DNA of 64,000 nucleotides from an uncultured bacterium (GTDB lineage Bacteria; Chloroflexota; UBA5177; JANWHV01): NCBI GenBank assembly GCA_963827235.1, contig CAWHAE010000009.1, positions 960,001 to 1,024,000 of the forward strand, read 5' to 3'. Shown piece by piece: positions 61,157 to 64,000 of this stretch (position 1 is its first letter; each line of letters starts with the position of its first letter). The notes under the pieces were generated by a model. It saw only the letters and a program-made list of their open reading frames with translations, ran no database searches and was not told where the DNA came from. The position numbers and the translations under genes were made by a program.

Positions 61157-62101
61157 ATGAACGAGCAAGTCAGCCTGCCGGCCGGTGCGGCCAAGCGGCG
61201 AGGCGGGCTCACCCTGCAAGCGCGGCAAGTCCGTCTGGCCTGGTTGATGCTGGTCCCGGCCCTGGCCGTGTTGGTCTTTGTCGCGTTGTACCCGTTGGTC
61301 CGCACGATCTACAGCAGCTTCACGAACGAGCAGTTTCTGGGCAGCGGCACCAAGTTCGTGGGGTTCGAGAACTACTACAACATCGTCACCAACAACGTCA
61401 ACGGCGGCTACCCCGACTTCTTCGCCGCGATCGGGACGACGCTCAAGTTCGCGGTGTGGTCCGTGGTGCTGGAGTTCATCATCGGGCTGGGCATCGCCCT
61501 GGTGCTCAACTCCCACTTCAAGGGCCGAGGCGGGATGCGCGCTGCCATGCTGGTGCCCTGGGCCATCCCGACCGTCGTCTCCTCCCAGATGTGGAAGTGG
61601 ATGCTCGACGATACCTTCGGCGTGGTGAACGACTTCCTGGTCAAGCTCCATGTCCTCAAGGCACCAGGACAGGCGTGGCTGGAAGACCCGAGCACGGCGC
61701 TGGCCTCGACCATCGCCGTGGACGTCTGGAAGACCACGCCGTTCGTGGCCCTGCTCCTGCTGGCCGGCCTGCAGGTCATCCCCACCGACATCTACGAGGC
61801 CGCTGCCGTGGATGGCGCCACGGGGCTGCAGAAGCTCTGGCGCATCACCCTGCCGCTGCTGCGGCCGGCGATCGCGGTCACCCTGATCTTCCGCACCCTG
61901 GACGCGATCCGCGTCTTCGATATCTTCAACGTGTTCTTCGGCAACCGCGCCGATACGCAGACCATGGCCACGACGATTCAGAATGAGATTGTGACGGGCA
62001 ATCAAGTGGGCTACGGCTCCGCCCTGAGCGTCGTGATGTTCTTGATCATCGCCGTCTTCGTCGTGCTCTACACGACGGTATTCAAGGTGGAGCAGCAATG
62101 A
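61157..62101 (+). CDS. Sugar ABC permease
   Basis: FVGFENY, LVPWAIPTVVS, DVWKTTPF and YEAAAVDGA. Confidence 0.94.
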   Translation: MNEQVSLPAGAAKRRGGLTLQARQVRLAWLMLVPALAVLVFVALYPLVRTIYSSFTNEQFLGSGTKFVGFENYYNIVTNNVNGGYPDFFAAIGTTLKFAVWSVVLEFIIGLGIALVLNSHFKGRGGMRAAMLVPWAIPTVVSSQMWKWMLDDTFGVVNDFLVKLHVLKAPGQAWLEDPSTALASTIAVDVWKTTPFVALLLLAGLQVIPTDIYEAAAVDGATGLQKLWRITLPLLRPAIAVTLIFRTLDAIRVFDIFNVFFGNRADTQTMATTIQNEIVTGNQVGYGSALSVVMFLIIAVFVVLYTTVFKVEQQ

Positions 62102-62997
62102 GCGTCACTACGATCCCAGGATCTGCCCGCGTTGCCCGGCTGCACCCGGCACGCGGCGCCCAGCGCCAGAACCTCCTGCTGCGGGGCCTCTTCTACGTGG
62201 TGATCGTCGTGATCGCCTTCTACATGCTGTTCCCGTTCTACTGGGCGATCCGGTCGGCCCTGACGCCGGAGACCGATCTGTTCCTCACGCCCGTGCAGTA
62301 CTTTCCCAGCCACCCGACGCTCGACAACTTCAATAGCGCCCTGACGGGCGGCGTGCTCAAGCCGGCCCTGATCAACTCGGCGATCGTCGCCGCCTCGGTG
62401 ACCCTGCTGTCGCTGGTCGTCGGCTCCTCCGCTGCGTACGCCCTCGGCCGTCTGCGCTTCCGCGGCCGCCTGGTGATGATGTATGTCATCCTCTCGATGA
62501 CCATCTTTCCCCAGATCGCCATCCTTGGCGCCCTGTATACCCTGTTCAGCGACTTCGGCCTGATCAACACCTCGTGGTCGCTGATCATCTCCTACCTGAT
62601 CTTCACCCTGCCGTTCACGATCTGGGTGCTGCAGAGCTTCTTCCGCACCATGCCGCGCGAGCTGGAGGAGTCGGCCTACGTCGACGGCGCCTCGCCGTTC
62701 CGTACCTTCTGGTCCATCATGCTGCCCCTGGCGGCCCCCGGACTGGTGACCACCGGGTTACTGGCGTTCATCAATGCCTGGAACGAGTACCTGTACGCCG
62801 TCTCGTTCCTGCAGACGTCGGATCACTATACCGTTCCCGTCACCATTGCCGCCTGGCCGGGCAACAGCCAGTACGCCCGCCCCTGGGGTGACATCATGGC
62901 GGCCACCGTGGTGGTGACTGTGCCCCTCATCGTCCTCGTCCTGATCTTCCAGCGGCGTCTCGTGGCCGGTCTCACCGCCGGCGCTGTGAAAGGGTAG
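62098..62997 (+). CDS. Sugar ABC permease
   Basis: ELEESAYVDGA, AWNEYL and GLTAGAVKG. ATGA overlap with the upstream gene. Confidence 0.94.
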   Translation: MSVTTIPGSARVARLHPARGAQRQNLLLRGLFYVVIVVIAFYMLFPFYWAIRSALTPETDLFLTPVQYFPSHPTLDNFNSALTGGVLKPALINSAIVAASVTLLSLVVGSSAAYALGRLRFRGRLVMMYVILSMTIFPQIAILGALYTLFSDFGLINTSWSLIISYLIFTLPFTIWVLQSFFRTMPRELEESAYVDGASPFRTFWSIMLPLAAPGLVTTGLLAFINAWNEYLYAVSFLQTSDHYTVPVTIAAWPGNSQYARPWGDIMAATVVVTVPLIVLVLIFQRRLVAGLTAGAVKG

Positions 62998-63309
62998 CGC
63001 ATCGCGATCGCCGATCGGGCCATACTTCACTACCGCGGTATCTCGATATCATGCAACAGCCTTCCCCGTGCGGCACGGCGGCCATGTTCCAGGCAGTACT
63101 CCCCGATGCGTCAAGGAGGTCAGGCAACCGTCCCGTGAAGATGGGCCACGAGCAGGCGCCTTCGCGGCGACTCAACCGGCGGACGCTGCGGCGCAGTAGC
63201 CCCCTGAGGAGAGACCTTCATGGTTGAGCGGCGAGCTAAGGTGCTATGGTAGTACTGACTCGATTAGCGCCAATGCATTTGCTTTGGCGATCTTAGGGAA
63301 TTTGGCGGC

Positions 63310-64000
63310 GTGTCGACGATAAAGGATGTGGCCGAGAGGGCTGGTGTTGCGCGCTCGACGGTGTCCCACGCGCTCAACGGCAACTATCCAGTCAGTGATG
63401 AAACGCGGAAAAGGGTGCTTGCTGCCGCGAGTCAGCTCGACTATCATCCTGACGCCATTGCCAGCAGTCTGCGTTCCCGGCGGACGCGTATCACGGGGCT
63501 GGCAATACCGCTCGACGTACCTGATCGCTCGTTGTCCCATAGCTCTTTCTCCCAGTTCATCGAATGCATCGCTGACGAGCTAAGTCGCCACGATTACAGA
63601 TTGCTGTGCCTGATCTCGCGCAGCCCTCAGGCACCAGAACTGGTGCGGCTGGCGCGCGAAGGCCATGTGGACGGCATGCTGCTCCTTCAGATGCGTGTCG
63701 ATGACCCACGCGTTGACGCGCTGCGAGCGACGGGACTTCCATTTGTTGCCATGGGCAAGCCCGTCAGAACAAGAGACTGCATATGGGTCGAGCATGACCT
63801 TCGCGGCGGAGCGGGGATCGCCGTCGAACATTTGCTCCGCGGTGGACATCGGCGTATCGCCTTCCTTGGCGACAACCCTGTGTTTGGCTACCAGTACAAC
63901 GCTCTGGCCGGGTTCCGGCAGGCACACCGCACGTTCAAGCTCCCGTGGCAGCGTGAATTGGTCTTGCATTGTGAGGGCGTCCAGGAGGTTGGTACAGCCT
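63310..64000 (+). CDS. LacI-family transcriptional regulator (runs off the window)
   Basis: My translation from GTG 63310 gives MSTIKDVAERAGVARSTVSHALNG..ETRKRVLAAASQLDYHPDAIASSLRS..GHRRIAFL. Confidence 0.93.
   Translation, partial: MSTIKDVAERAGVARSTVSHALNGNYPVSDETRKRVLAAASQLDYHPDAIASSLRSRRTRITGLAIPLDVPDRSLSHSSFSQFIECIADELSRHDYRLLCLISRSPQAPELVRLAREGHVDGMLLLQMRVDDPRVDALRATGLPFVAMGKPVRTRDCIWVEHDLRGGAGIAVEHLLRGGHRRIAFLGDNPVFGYQYNALAGFRQAHRTFKLPWQRELVLHCEGVQEVGTA

Overview
This is a GC-rich bacterial chromosomal window. Gene style and families suggest a Chloroflexota-like soil or sediment organism, which is inference only. It contains the start of a chemotaxis operon (tandem CheW plus a broken soluble MCP), TetR/MFS efflux, msrA-msrB, a Lys/Orn/Arg decarboxylase, ArsR-CDF metal efflux, two very large secreted proteins (a Pro/Thr-tailed protein with a degenerate metalloprotease motif and a thioester-less alpha-2-macroglobulin), an FHA-ABC transporter, a GGDEF/HD-GYP protein, two sugar ABC operons, glutamine synthetase III, an NRAMP-like transporter, an orphan Dam-type methylase and a lower-GC kinase-phosphatase/DHS-like pair. 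The standout is a three-layer nested insertion at 26.5-32.3 kb. A decayed LuxR-type regulator gene is split by an IS630 element (26899-31453, TAA duplication). The IS630 transposase is in turn split at its catalytic Glu codon by a 3261-bp large-serine-recombinase element (27951-31211) bounded by a duplicated GA core. Joining the two ends of that inner element in silico restores the transposase. It also places an RBS plus ATG from the right end in frame with the start-less first ORF at the left end, so that gene appears complete only in the excised circle. Several single-base frameshifts and nonsense codons elsewhere may be sequencing errors or real decay.
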